Shown here piece by piece: positions 48,617 through 62,060 of a DNA stretch of 64,000 bases (within the stretch, counting starts at the first letter, position 1; every line of letters begins with the position of its first letter). The position numbers and the translations under genes were made by a program. Source of the DNA: Balanoglossus misakiensis (taxonomy: Eukaryota > Animalia > Hemichordata); assembly GCA_040954595.2 (NCBI GenBank), contig CM082598.2, positions 8,571,097 to 8,635,096 of the forward strand. Direction: 5' to 3'. Under the pieces are notes generated by a model. The model worked only from the letters and a program-made list of their open reading frames with translations, was not told the origin of the DNA and did no database searches.

Positions 48617-49795
48617 ATGCCATCGAAGCGGAAAGCTACTTCGAAGGGCAAGACAATTTTGCCTAAGCGCAAGGCCACGTCATCAAGTGCTGAGGTACCA
48701 ACCCAGGCAGGTTCACAACAGGGAGAACAGCCGGCCGCAAGTTCAACCATCGACCCAGATGCGTTAGCTACCTCAATATCTCAGGCAGTCGTCAAGAGTC
48801 TTAAAGAAGCCGGCCTTTTTCTGCTGCAAGCCCACCTACAGCGACAGCCACCGCATCTTCATCAGTCGCCAATCAAGTCATCCATGACATTACTGGTCCA
48901 GAGGTGCAAGTTGATTCGTTACCACAAGGTCAGGTCCATGGATGAACCTGCATGTCAGGTTAATCTAACACCTACTATTCAGGGGTCTGAGACAGAGCGT
49001 CAACCACCAACCACAGTGTTTGCAAGCCACTCCATGCCCTTGGTTACAAGGGTGTCGGATAAGGTTAAGGCTAAAATCTGGGCAGGTGATTACATCGATT
49101 TCGCGTCTTTGCTCATCAATCCCTCCCTGCGTGATGGTAAATACACCGTCGCTTTATCTGATAGTGTTGGTAGGCCTCAGCTATGTCTAGAGCCCGTTGC
49201 TAGTGCTAAGAAAATTACTTACATTGAGCAGTGGATTTCAGCTTTTAACATCTTTGTAGCTGTGTACACATTGAGAAAGCCTGAAGACATTGCAGGCCTT
49301 TTGAAGTATGGGGAAGTGGTGCGGGATCTAGCTGCCAAAAAAGCGGGCTGGAAGTTTTACGATGAGCAGTTTCGCTTTATGAAGCAGTCGACTCCTGTTC
49401 CTTGGGACCAGATTCACTGGGAGTTGTGGTTACAGGCCATACATAGGGTTAAGAATTGGTCTTCTGATCGGACTGCCCCCATGTCTAGCAGTATCAGTTC
49501 CATTTCGGGTTTCTCCAGTACGTCCTTTCCGAAAGGGGTTTGTTGGCGTTTTCACTCGGGAAAGTTCTGCCCTGGATGTCGCTTCGACCACAAATGCTTT
49601 AAGTGCGGGGCAAACCATCCCATTTCCATGTGTAGTGTCAAAAGCTCATCTAGTCTCAGCAGTGGGGAAGGAGTCCATCAGCCCTTTCACTCTGGAAAAG
49701 GAGGAGGTCCCTACCACGCTCCCAGAGCTTCCGTGGTGTCCAAACAGCCCTCCGTTGCCAATAATAGTGTCACCAGTAAAGGTTCAAGTTCTTAG
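48617..49795 (+). CDS. gag: Ngaro gag-like ORF1
   Basis: Motifs KIWAGDYIDFASLL, W..AF..F and W..YDEQFR, with the Cys/His finger CWRFHSGKFCPGCRFDHKCFKCGANH. Confidence 0.85.
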   Translation: MPSKRKATSKGKTILPKRKATSSSAEVPTQAGSQQGEQPAASSTIDPDALATSISQAVVKSLKEAGLFLLQAHLQRQPPHLHQSPIKSSMTLLVQRCKLIRYHKVRSMDEPACQVNLTPTIQGSETERQPPTTVFASHSMPLVTRVSDKVKAKIWAGDYIDFASLLINPSLRDGKYTVALSDSVGRPQLCLEPVASAKKITYIEQWISAFNIFVAVYTLRKPEDIAGLLKYGEVVRDLAAKKAGWKFYDEQFRFMKQSTPVPWDQIHWELWLQAIHRVKNWSSDRTAPMSSSISSISGFSSTSFPKGVCWRFHSGKFCPGCRFDHKCFKCGANHPISMCSVKSSSSLSSGEGVHQPFHSGKGGGPYHAPRASVVSKQPSVANNSVTSKGSSS

Positions 49796-51343
49796 GCAGT
49801 TTCTACACGGCTACGACAAGGGCAAGGCGGCGTATTTGTTGGCAGGTTTTTCACATGGTTTTTCAATAAATTACTGTGGTCATAGGGGCGGGGGGTCATC
49901 CCCTAATTTGAAGTCTGCACTTGACAATCCTGAAGCAGTTAGGGCCATGCTTACTTCTGAGGTACATGCAGGCAGAGTCGCAGGGCCCTTTCGTTCACCA
50001 CCTTTTCCCAACTTCCACATTTCCCCATTGGGTCTTGTTCCCAAAAAACAGGCCGGTAAGTTTCGGTTTATTCACCACCTTTCTTTTCCTCCGGGGTCAT
50101 CAGTTAATGACGGTATTCCTCCTGAGTTGGCAACTGTTCAGTATGCCACCATTGATGATGCAGTTCGGATCATTTTGAGGTTGGGCCCAGGATGTTTTTT
50201 GGCTAAGACTGACATCAAGTCAGCATTTAGAATCATACCAGTGGCACCTCAGGATCATTGCTTGTTGGGTTTCAAGTGGGATGGGTGTTTCTTCTTTGAT
50301 AGATGTCTGCCTATGGGGTGTTCGTCGTCCTGTCGCATTTTTGAACAGTTTAGTACTGCATTAGAGTGGATGTCTCATCAGGTTGCAGGCGTGGAGGCTG
50401 TTATTCACATTCTAGACAATTTCCTTTTTCTGGCTAGTAACAAAGAACGGTGTTCAGCGGATCTACAGACATTCCTAGGTTTTTGTGCAGAGCTGGGGGT
50501 TCCTATTGCTCAGGATAAGACCATGGGGCCCAGTACTACTTTGGTTTTCGCAGGTATCGAATTAGACACTGTATTAGGAGAATCTAGGCTCCCAGAGGAT
50601 AAATTGTTTCGGTGCCGCAACTTGATCAATTCCTTTTTGTCTAGAAGAAAGGTTAGGCTACAGGAAATTCAGTCATTGGTTGGGACCTTAAATTTTGCTT
50701 GTTTGGTGGTGCTCCCAGGTAGGGCATTTTTACGTAGGTTGATCGATTTAACGAAAGGGGTCAAGAAGTCGCACTTCTTTTTACGTCTGACCAGAGAGGT
50801 TAAAGCAGACCTCCTAGTGTGGAAACAGTTCCTAGACCATTACAACGGGAAGTCGTTTTTATGGAGGATCGGTGGCATTCATCCGAATCACTTCGTTTGT
50901 TCACAGATGCAGCTGGGTCTCTTGGGTATGGTGGCATTTTTGGTTTTCACTGGTTCTTTGGAGAGTGGCCTACTAGTTGGCATGCAATAAATATCGCAGT
51001 CCTGGAGTTATTCCCTATCATGCTGGCGTTAGAGGTTTGGGGACAAAAGCTATGTAACAAACGTGTGATGTTCTACACTGATAATGAGGCTTTGGTGTCA
51101 GTCTTGAATAAACAAACAGCGAAGGACAGGGACCTTATGATTTTGGTTCGACGGATTGTGCTCACTAGCCTTCAGTACAACATTCTTTTTCGAGCTAAAC
51201 ATATTCCTGGTAAGCATAACATTTTGGAAGACTGTCTTTCCCGCTTGCAGGTAGGCCAGTTCAAGTCTGCATCTCGGGGCATGGATACCTATCCGACTCC
51301 AGTGCCGTCTCAGTTGCTACCTATACATTGGACATGGAAGTAG
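49635..51343 (+). pseudogene. pol: Ngaro RT/RNase H, frameshifted near 50850
   Basis: Motifs SPLGLVPKK, KTDIKSAFR, LPMG, ILDN (catalytic DD altered), FTDAAG, LELFPI and YTDN. Confidence 0.9.
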
Positions 51344-52251
51344 GCAGACTTCTGCAGCAGGCTCTTCACAGTTCTTCCAGGTCAACCTATCAGCGTGCTT
51401 GGAGAGTTCTTACCCAGTTCATGGGTAGCCAGTTAGGGGTGCATTGTCCATCTCTGCCGCTGTCAGAATCCTCGGTCACATTGTTTATTGGTCACCTCTC
51501 TAGGCAAGACCTTGCCCCATCCACTGTTTCTACCTATTTGTCAGCCATTAGCTACGTTCATAAACTTGCAGGCTTGCAGGACCCTACTAAGTCCTTTTTG
51601 GTTCACAAATTGGTCCAGTCATACCGTAAGCTGGTGCATCAACGAGATGATCGTCTCCCTATCACTAGGGATATCCTAATTCGTCTGATTAAGGCCATTC
51701 CAAATGTGGTCACATCTGTTTATCAGCGTTCTCTTTTTAAGGCTATGTTCTTATCAGCCTTCTATGGGTTCCTCAGGATTGGGGAATTCACAGTTCGGAA
51801 TAGGTTTGATGTTGGAAAAGCTATTCTTTTCCACCAGTTGGAGTTTCAGGTTAGCGCAGGTTTGCCACAGTCAGCAACTGTGTCCTTATTCAATTTTAAG
51901 CACAGTAAACCAGGCGATGTGTTTGTTATCAAATTTCAGAAGGTTCTTAGGTCTGACTTGTGTCCGGTTCAAGCATTGTGGGAATTAAGTCGTTTGAGGG
52001 GGAGTGAGCCTGGCCCTCTTTTCTGCATGCCAGGGCCGTTAGGCATAGGACGGAGAGATTTCACGGCACAGCTTAGGCGTTCGCTCACTTTTTGCGGCTT
52101 TGAGGTAGACAAGTTCAAGGGACATAGCTTTAGGATAGGAGCACCCTCTCAAGCTGCTAAAGACGGTTTGTCTGATGCACAGATACGCGCCTTAGGCAGG
52201 TGGAGGTCAGATGATTTTAAGGGGTACATTAGGCTACCAGCATCTTGGTAA
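51328..52251 (+). CDS. Tyrosine recombinase of the Ngaro element
   Basis: Motifs FYGFLRIGE, CPV, GHSFRIG and LGRWRSD....YIR (R-H-R-W-Y set present). Confidence 0.92.
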   Translation: MDMEVGRLLQQALHSSSRSTYQRAWRVLTQFMGSQLGVHCPSLPLSESSVTLFIGHLSRQDLAPSTVSTYLSAISYVHKLAGLQDPTKSFLVHKLVQSYRKLVHQRDDRLPITRDILIRLIKAIPNVVTSVYQRSLFKAMFLSAFYGFLRIGEFTVRNRFDVGKAILFHQLEFQVSAGLPQSATVSLFNFKHSKPGDVFVIKFQKVLRSDLCPVQALWELSRLRGSEPGPLFCMPGPLGIGRRDFTAQLRRSLTFCGFEVDKFKGHSFRIGAPSQAAKDGLSDAQIRALGRWRSDDFKGYIRLPASW

Positions 52252-54243
52252 CCAATTTTTAGGCTTATGGCTATCAAGAGCAGGGGATGGTGTTTTTAGG
52301 GTCCTTCCCTGGGGTGGTCTGGTCATTTTGGGTGGGGCGGCCACACCAGGGTGTGGCTTATGGCGTTTTTGTGCCCACACCTTTGTGGGAGATTCTTTAT
52401 GAACCTATTTTACAGTGTTTAGTGTTATGTTAATTTTCCTCGCCAGTTGACCTTTGACCTATACCTACCTTGTTGAGGTTTTTGCTGTTTTATTGAGGCA
52501 GGCAACTGGCGAGGAATTTTTCATCATCTTTACACATTGTTAACTTTGCAATAAAGGGTCAATATCTCTTGGCCATTTTTCGCCAATTCTGGTTGTGTCG
52601 TGTTTTTGTATCTCCCACAAACAGAGCAAAATGACCAGTACAGGTCTATTCTGGTGCAGGGATATAAACATATATATTATGCTGATAAGCCGAATACTGG
52701 GCAGTTCATGTTTTAGGGAATTTAACTGGAAACTGCAATTGATACACACACAATGAAAAGTAATAGCTAACGACGCTTTATGGACTGAATAAACTGAATA
52801 GACCGACAAACAAGCTGACAGAGTGAACCATAAGTATGTATTCTGACTGTATTCAGAAGTAGATCACACACACACTGTTTCTAGGAGACAAAACGACCAG
52901 AACTTAAAGAGTTTTCGAGATTCGAGTCATGTAGTTAAAAAATATCAATTGTCATTAAATTGATTAATTAAGCATATTTGCCCCTGACATTTCAGCTATT
53001 GGATAACGGAAAAATGGCCAAATTATTAGACCCTGCAGGTGTCAGTATAGATGCTATGTTGTTATTAGAGCCAGACGTCCTAGACCCATCAACGGACACA
53101 GAACCTATTCAAAATTTAGAACACTTGTCAAAAGGGAACATTTAAGCATAGTCCCCGTGGTGTCATATAAGGTCACGCTGGAATAGGTGACATACGTCGT
53201 TCCCTCCCGCGATTGCTAACAGTAGACCCAGAAGATATTCGAATATCTCCAAGGCTATCTGGATGCAAATTTCGCGGACATTTTCTCACAATCATTATTT
53301 TTTCAAAGAACGCCATGATACGAACTGGCAGCACTTTTCTGAACATTTTCAGTCATGTACTGGTTGTCCATCACACATTTATGCAGCCGCTTTCCCGTCG
53401 ATAGCAATTTGGGGAGGGGAAAAAAATTCAGAATAAATTAAACGAAATACAAAAACATTATTATAAGTTAAGATTAAAATAATGTGTATGCACACTACAC
53501 TGGAAAAGTATAAATATAGCCTGTTAAGTTCGGTTATCATGATACATATATAATTGAAAACTTTGGTTGTCGCTACAATGGTAATTGGTGATCGCATACA
53601 CACGTGAACTCCCGCACTCAAGATCTGTTTTCGATCTTTGATTCCTCGGCCCGTGTACACTTGTAGACCCAGCGGATATCATACACCGATGCGGTCATTA
53701 AGACCGGCGTATATTGTCCCCGTGGCTCTTTTTCGACTGTTTCGGTCGCTTAGAAGTTTGGGTAAATGCTTATTAACCCATTTGAAGCCAATGCATCTTA
53801 CTCAAAAACGGGTAATACGTATACTCACACACTCAGAGAGACTCGAACACACACCTCCATTATTTGATAGGCTGGGAGAATTTAATATAGAGGCAACATG
53901 AGTATGAAGTATATTCGTGTCGCTGCCAGTCTTTTGTTTCTAGGTATTTCTTCAAGTTTGGACAGAGAGAAAAGAGATACTGGTTTGAAGTAGCCATTAT
54001 GACCACAGACACAATCCCTGTGGTCTCCACATTCAAGGGACCATGCAATCAAAATATGTTGCGAAAGACAGAAAGCGGGGTTCTTATTGAATAAGGTTTT
54101 CAGAATGACAAATAGTATGGTTGCCTTGTTTGTAAATGGAAAATGTCTTGAGTTGTCTTTTGGTATGCCCAGCCTGTACAGGTGGTCTGTACATTGATAC
54201 GAATTTCACATTGCAGTGCGCTACCAGTGGTCAAAATTTAATT

Positions 54244-54769
54244 ATATTATATCATGCTACCGTCCGCGATTCTGATTGGACGAGAGCTATGGTAAAATAC
54301 TGTTTTACCACTGCTGGCAGTGGTAAAACGGGCCCCTGAACTAGCATGCAGCAGGGAAAATGTGCGGTTATACCACAGTCGCGCAGGATTAAACCAAATG
54401 AATAACATAAAAAACACTTGAATTTACGGATGTTTTATTTTGGAACTGCTCTGCTCTGAATATTTTGCACTTTTGTCACTTGTTGGCGTCTGCTTTATGT
54501 TTAATGCTCGATCCCGGGCCGCACGTGTTTACATTCACCGTCGCCATGTTGGTTCACGATCGTAATTTCTCTTTCTGACGCCGTTTCGGTAAGAAAATTA
54601 CACTGATTTGCCACAAAAACAACTATTGATATAATATAATAGCAATAACCCCCGCCTCAGTCGGGTATACACTCGATTTTGGTACAATTCCCTCCATATA
54701 GCACTCGCCTACCGGCTCGTGCTATATGTCTCGAATTGTACCAAAATCTCGTGGGTTATTACTTAAATA
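54244..54769. mobile_element. Crypton-like element, copy of 9894-10468
   Basis: Colinear similarity throughout, in the same orientation. Confidence 0.65.
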
Positions 54770-55149
54770 TACTTTCACTGTGAGTATCAGGCAAAAATCA
54801 TGATATTGCCCTCGCTTACATTTGTTATTATTTAAATATACTAGTTCCACACAGTTTCAAGATACCCACTTTCCGAGAGTTTTCAACAAAAATGACGCCG
54901 CAATTTTGAGAAATATTTTTTTAGAAAATATGATGAAAAACCATTCCTCGATGTGAAAAGAATAGGAGGACAGATAATATCAGTTACAGCCATGTCAATG
55001 CTGAGTATTGACGACAAGGGGTTATTTTCATTTAGGGTGAAGCGTTTATCTTACTATCAAAGTCCCAGTTTCATCCAGTTCTACAAAAAAATAGGCGAAT
55101 CCAACATTACTCGTATCTGTGCAGTAACAACTTGTACGCTAAATATCCG

Positions 55150-55985
55150 TCTGCTATCGACAAGGACACAGTACTGAGACTGCGCTTATTCGAGTCCAAA
55201 ACGACGTGCTACGTGCTCTAGATCGCCGGGATGATGTTATTTTAATTTAATATTGACCACAATATCTTGATTCATAGAATATGTCATAGGTTTGGTATCC
55301 AGGGTACCGTTCTCAACTGGATTACTTCATATTTACAAGGCAGAACAATGAGAGTACGTATTGGGTCGGTGATGTCGGAGGCACAACCACTTGATTGTGG
55401 CGTTCCCCAGGGCTCGGTCTTGGGACCAGTTATTCAGTCTGTATACAACACCGCTTGATGTTATTATAGATAAACACGGTCTACAAAGTATGTTCTATGC
55501 TGGTGACTCTCAGTTGTATATTGTTTGCTCTCGTGATTGTGTCCCGAGTAAAGTTATTGAGAACTGTATAAGTGAAATTCGCCAGTGGATGCATGATAAC
55601 ATGCTTGTACTTAACGATAGTAAGACCGAAGTTATTAGATTCTCTTCTAAGTTTGGCTATAGGGACCGACCACGAGAGTGTGATGTACAAGTCGGGGATA
55701 TCAGCGTCCATTCATCACCTACAGTGATTGACCTCGGTGTTACATTTGATGTTACGACGACCATGACATCACATGTTTCCAGTTTGTGTAAATCAACGTC
55801 TTTTGCTTTGAGGAAGATTAGTAAAGTCCGGAATTGTCTAGAGCAAGATTCAACTGAAAAACTTGTCATGATTTTGTAACTTCTAGGTTAGACTATTGTA
55901 ACAGCCTTCTTTATGGTTTGCCAAATTATCAAATCAGTAAGTTACAGTCTATTCAGAATGCTGGTGCACGTTTAGTCACTAAAAG
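55150..55985 (+). pseudogene. Degraded L2/CR1-type RT fragment
   Basis: Motifs STETAL, GVPQGSVLGP, YAGDSQLY, LNDSKTE and SRLDYCNSL across several frameshifts. Confidence 0.85.
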
Positions 55986-58799
55986 CATATACAGAAACGG
56001 ATTGATTGGGAAATACTATAGAACGATTTGTCAAACAAAATGGACACTTTCAGGATTTAGGTTAGCTGCTGATTGTCTCACCTGTCACTATGACCTGGGT
56101 CACTGCAACTCGACTACACTAAAATTGCGATGTAACATGAAGTAAATGACTCTTGGCAATGTGTGAGTTGTCTTGTCACATCAAGAGACTGGTACTTGCT
56201 GGTGAACATTTTAGTCTAGTTGCAGTACCCCAGGTCATAATGGCGGATCAGCCAATCAGTGGCTATGATAATCAAAATCCTGACAGCGGCCATTTTGTTT
56301 TACGTGGTGACAAGGTGGTGTGGGTCACTAAACAGTGAGCGCATAGCTTTGTAATGTGTATATTTTGAAAGACTAATATGAAAATTTGCGTGAAATTGCA
56401 TGGGAGGCCTAAAGTGCCCCTTTTATTTCATCGTATTTACTATCTATGACGTCACAGTTTCCATGTAGTAATGGCGTTTCATTCAAACATGTTGTTTACC
56501 ATCAGACTTTTTCTATGAAGCCTTATATTGTTATGTGGACAAATTTGACCCGAATCCATGGGTAGACAGGGCAATTCTTTTCATGTTAAAGGTTTGTATA
56601 TCGACATTTATTTCACCAAGTAAAATATACCCAAAATGGTATTTGCCATCAACTGTGTAGTTTTGAATGCTTCATAGGAGCGAATAAGAAACTCAAGATA
56701 GAAAATTGTTTTGAGGTCAAATTTTATTGTAGATAGAAAATTGCTTTGAGGTCAAATATTATTGTACAGCTTGCTTGACTTACAAATGTAAAAATAAATA
56801 TTGTAAATTTCTTATCGTGAGTAGCTGCTGTGATTGAAGAGAAGTGGAAACGATATAAGAAAATATTGGGATAGTCTAATTTTATAATTGATTATTTTTC
56901 AAATTTTGCTGACAGTTTGGTCCTGTGTTTTTCTTATTTTGCTGAGTTTGGTCGTGACTGTTCAGATACAATCAGATATGACGCTGACCTGGACCTAGAA
57001 GTTCACAAAGGATTCAATGGTTTGATCTTTACATAACGTAAAGTAAGTGGCATCTTACATTACATTTGTGTACGTTTTTGTTTTACTTTAGTATTGTTGC
57101 ATTTTTTTCATGATTTGTTTTGGACTCAACAACTTTTGCACTTGTCCATGCACTGCATTGTAGGTAGGTATTAATTCCAGGGGTAATATGTTCCCTCTGC
57201 TCCTAATCCAAGCTATCCGCCTTCATGATCATTCAGGTACATGTACACTCGACAGTCAAGCCATGCATTATATGTTGTTGGGTCATGTAGTCTCAGATCT
57301 CTGGGCTCTCTCGTGCATTGCCAATAAAAATACCAGTTCATGGGTCTAATGAGTTCATGGGTGCAATTCTCAGCAATCTGGGCATTTGGATGTAGGCTCC
57401 ATCATAGCCACATCATGTCGTCATAAAATGCGAAAGCCTCAAAAACGTGCTGCTAAAATAACCATAAATAATTATTGAATATAATTGCATTTTGAATTGG
57501 AAGTCATATTGGACCATACAAGTGTTATACTTGTTGATTCTTTGCTTCTGCGGAGGCCAGCTAATAGAGAATTAAGGGAACACTTTGCTGCCATGCGACT
57601 GTATGAGGTAAAAAGAACTGGAGTGGCTGTTGACCCAGCATGTAACAAGGTCAGAAGATTTCTTTACTGCATGTATCAATCATGTGATCTGGTCATGTGA
57701 CTCAAGGCATTGTCATTTCACAGTGACAGGCAAGCAATATTTCGGCATCCAGTAAAAGTTTTTCCAAGTATATTTTTACTTTAGAACTGCCAAACACGTG
57801 ATGCCCCATCAGCCTCATAGCGTTCCTTCTACACAGTCTTTGTCTGCACCTGGTGAAGTTGCCCATCTGGAAACTTGAATGCCGACGTAACTGTGCCTAA
57901 ATGCGCCTGACATCATTTGATATCGAAGAATTCAAATAGTTAATTTGTTGGTTTCCTGTCACTCCCTTATAGAATCCTCTGACAACTGAAAGACAAGTGA
58001 TGCATCTGTATAGTGTTAGGTGTGGATTGTTCAACTCACCAGACCAAGTGCTTTTACAGACAGATTTTGGAACAGTGATTGACGTTGCTAACACCATTAG
58101 ACTGCAGTGCTTCCAGTACCATTCCCCTTCAACGACTATTCTTCTGACATATCTACATAAACATATGGCATCAACAATGTTATCATCACACATATCAGGT
58201 AAGTATTATGTGCATGAGGAAGAATTGACTTGGGCAAATAAAATTGTCCTCGCTTCATTGACAGCAGTCCCAGCACATTAAAGTCCACTTTTTGAGAGTG
58301 AGTTTGATAGATTATCCTTACATGTGATTGAATTTGCATTTATTTCACACAACGCATAATAATTTGTTTTTGTTATACTGACCATATAAAGTCTCAAATA
58401 ATGAGTTGAGATCCTTTACAAAACAGGAGTTCAACCTTGCTCATATATTACTTTGATTTGTGTCCTTCATTAACAGTTTTGGCTGATCAGATGTACAAAC
58501 ACACAGTTTTGATTGTATCATACATTTAACACTTATACAGACGATGCAGAAGTTTGGATATGAGGCAGCAGTTGCACAATCACTGCATTGATTTGAATAG
58601 GAATATGTGGACACTTTCTTTGCCTAGTCAAACTGTCCCATGGCATACAAACAGCATATGGTGATGTGTTCACTTTCATTGAGACATCCATGCCACAATG
58701 AGACAATATCAGCGAATATTCAAGATTTTAAATTGAAAACTTTAATTTAACCACACTTACTCTCTGGCATTTCCATAATAGAGACGGATGGCCTAAGTT

Positions 58800-61790
58800 C
58801 CATACTTGCAGCAGATTTCTTCAACATAGTTGTGAAGTGACTGATTGAAAACATATGTGCAAATTAATCTTAATCTTGATTTCTGCAGTTTGTCAATAAG
58901 TTTATCTAGGTGTTCTTTGTTCTTATTGATTATATCTGTTACAGATAAAACTGTGTATCCATCACTTCCAAAGAAGTCATCTCTAATTTCCATTGTGTCT
59001 ATTTCATACATTTCTGTGTTGTTGAGAGGTATACATTTACTTTTCTTTGGAAGAGACTTGGCATCACTGCTGTTATTGCATGTCTTCTGCATGGGTGGTT
59101 GTTGTTATTGTTGCTGTAAAAGTTTGTAGTCATTTTGGTTGTTATTCTCCTTGCACACATCTTGCTCTTCCATGTCTAGTATAATTTGCTTGTATCTGTC
59201 ATCAAAGAAGATGCTTCTTTCATCAAAGTCAAGCAAATGCAGACCATTTAAATCCCTTACCCTACTCATAGCTACATAGGCCTGACCTGACACGAAGACA
59301 TGTTTCAGATTTTGAATTACAACGTTATCAATTTGACAGCCAGAACTGTGCACAAAGAGCCATTAACCCAAAGACTTTTGACGTAAATGTTTTTGAGTAA
59401 TATGACTCCTGCACCCATTTTAAGTGTAATTTGGTAAGGTAGTATGTGCTTGTGGTATTTCTTCAATTTGTGTATTTCTCTTTGATTGAGTGTTCTCCCA
59501 TCCATGCCAGTATCCATCCATGCCAGTTTTTTCCAAAAACTGTTGGTATAAGTGATCTCGTTCGTCTCGCAGAGACACTATAAGGCTCCCTCAGAAATGT
59601 CAATGTTGTTAACATTGTCAATTTTTCGTGACTGGAGTACTTCCCTGATATGGTCATCAATTTTACCAATCCTGACTGCTTGGAGGAGAGCAATAAACTG
59701 TGCATCACTTTGTCGCTTAACTTTCTTTTACATTGCTGTGTCAAAATGCCTCCATAAATATGAATTGAAAATATCTGTTTTGATTGCTGGCAGTTGTGCA
59801 GGATCTCCGAGCATGATAATGTGCTTTCCTCCAAATAATTGTTGTTTGTCACTTCCACTAGCTGCCCATCTACATATCCTGTTGAGTGCAATGAAAACAC
59901 TAGCTTCCATAAGAGAGAATTCGTCTATGACAATGACTTGTGTCCATTGAAGCATCTTGTATTTGAGTGTTTCACGCTCCAAATAACATTGGCAGTCAAT
60001 GTCAATCTTCAGGAATTGATGGAGGGTTGTGTCATCAATGAGGTGGGCCGCAACCCCGGTTGTAGCTGTACACTGAACAGTCAAGCCGAGGCATTCTGTT
60101 GCATATTGTTTAATGATTTTCCAGTTCCAGCAGGACCAACTATTGCACAGAGGATTTGGCCACTCTTGTCAAATTCTGATTTGAGCCATTCGTAAGTTTT
60201 TTTCTGCGATGGTGAGAGTTGGTTGATTATGTCTCCCAGATTGGTTGCTGTGGCACGTTTTATTTGTAAATCACCAAAATGGTCTTCTTCAAACTCTGGC
60301 CCATCTGTTACTTTCATTTCAAACTTCTGTTGGTTAAGTTCGTCTGGCTTTGGTGTTATTTCCTCAGCAATTGACAGGAAGGACTCAACTTCTTCATTGG
60401 ACAACCAGTTTCCATCAATAAGTTGTTGACTGAGTTCTTGTAGATTTTCCATGGAATAACCTCTCCTCTTTGCTGTTGAAAATGCAATCAGTGCATCTTC
60501 ATGTTTGTCTAAAGGACCTCTGAAGGCACATTCTTCAATGTATGATTTTGTAGTATTGGTTGATGATATCAAATTTGGTATGTCCTCCCGTGTCCAAGGA
60601 ATCTTTAGAATTATTTTTTTGCATGTAGAATTTTTCTGGTCATCAGAGTGTGGATGGATGAAAAGCAACCTTGGAATCACTGCTTCATGCATCTTCTCAA
60701 TCCGTCGACCTTTCTTGTCTGTCAATACATTTTTGCGCTGTGGTTATATTGTTTGCACTGACGAACTTGTAATGGCAGACGAAGTCTGGATATGTCACTG
60801 ATTTCAGGACTTCTGGTCTGTCAAGATGTTTATCAAGAAAAGTGTCATAGTAAAAAGGTTCAATAGATTGTGTATTAGAAAATCTGTAAGCAAGTTCAGT
60901 TTTATGTGTATAACCTTATTATTGTACACCATCTTTTTTAAATGTAAATGTTATGTCATTTTACAGAATACAGAATTGTCTCTCTTCACTGGTATTACAT
61001 GATATGCCATAGTCCTGATATAATCGTTGCTAAATAAGCTTGAAAGAGGCGGCCTGAAGAATTGTCTTTGCCACTGGTGTGACTCAATGCATCCAAGCAT
61101 GACTGCCAAACATACTAAAACATAGAGTTCATGGGATCATCACATGGAATGTTGTATGGCAATGTACCATGACTGGTGTAATGTACTTCTGAGACAAGGC
61201 TTAAATGCTTTGTAAGGCATTCGTTTGAATATATAACCCTTGTGTCAAACATATGCTTCAACAATTAAATGCCATGAATCCAATTGTGTGTCTCATAAAC
61301 CACTCTATAGAGCTTTTCATTGTACACTGCATTCCAGCCAATGAATTATGATACACATTAGATGTCCTCGGTGCTCACTTCAAGTCTAAGATCATTCATA
61401 ATTGTTAAAATTTCTGAAATTGAAAGAAAATTTGTATCCTCGAAAAAGCTCTCAAGTGTGTCAAATGTACCATCACTGCTCTCAAAAACGAATTTATGTC
61501 TATCACTGGTAATACGTGTAAAAATGCCAAAATCATCATTTGTGATGCTGAATGTATTTGGAACAAAAGTTTGCTTTGGAACTCAGATTTTTTTACAAAT
61601 GTAACATTACATTTGATGTCATTTGGTAGATGACGAATATAAAGTGCACATTTGGTTATTTTTGTCAAGTCTTTGGGTAAATTAAGATTACTTGTGATCA
61701 GTTGTCCTTGTGGCAATAGGGTTGAAATTATCTAGATACAAATGTTTTTCAGTGATGAAATTACCATCATAAATCCTAGAATAGACAAAA
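58800..61790 (-). pseudogene. Degraded Helitron/Helentron-type Rep-PIF1 helicase
   Basis: PIF1 motifs GPAGTGKS, ATTGVAA..I..TTLH, IDEFS, FGG.HIIMLGD..QLP and GQAYVAMSRVR, with many frameshifts. Rep motifs are not clearly readable. Confidence 0.8.
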
Positions 61791-61811
61791 TAATACGACA
61801 ATGAAAATTTT

Positions 61812-62060
61812 TAGCTCTGCTGTCACTTGTGTCAGCCGAGCTGTACCAGAAGGTTGATAAGTGTCCGTCCGTCAACTTTTGGTATTTCAATCTTCTTCCT
61901 TAAAACAATTTGGCATATTTAGCTGAAATTTGGTTGGAATGTGTGTTATAGTGCCCTTACCTGATTTTGTTAATTTGGACTTGATGGGATCATGAATATG
62001 CAAATTAGATCTAAAAAAGAAGTTTTGGTAAAAATCTTCTTTTCCACAACTACATGTACA
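61812..62060 (+). mobile_element. HINE-like 5' fragment
   Basis: ttttagctc..gagct hairpin followed by (gtcc)n. Confidence 0.4.

Larger units (their letters stand above)
47420..52610 (+). mobile_element. Ngaro-type tyrosine-recombinase retrotransposon (boundaries approximate)
   Basis: Overlapping gag, RT/RNase H and YR ORFs. 3' hairpin ttcctcgccagttg...caactggcgaggaa, with AATAAA at about 52550. Confidence 0.85.

Noticed and set aside
51328-52251. Phage integrase suggesting prophage or bacterial contamination
   Set aside because: It is the YR ORF overlapping RT/RNase H of a eukaryotic Ngaro/DIRS-order retrotransposon.
56060-56262. Short inverted repeat pair
   Set aside because: It is probably a MITE relic. 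Termini and TSD could not be defined.
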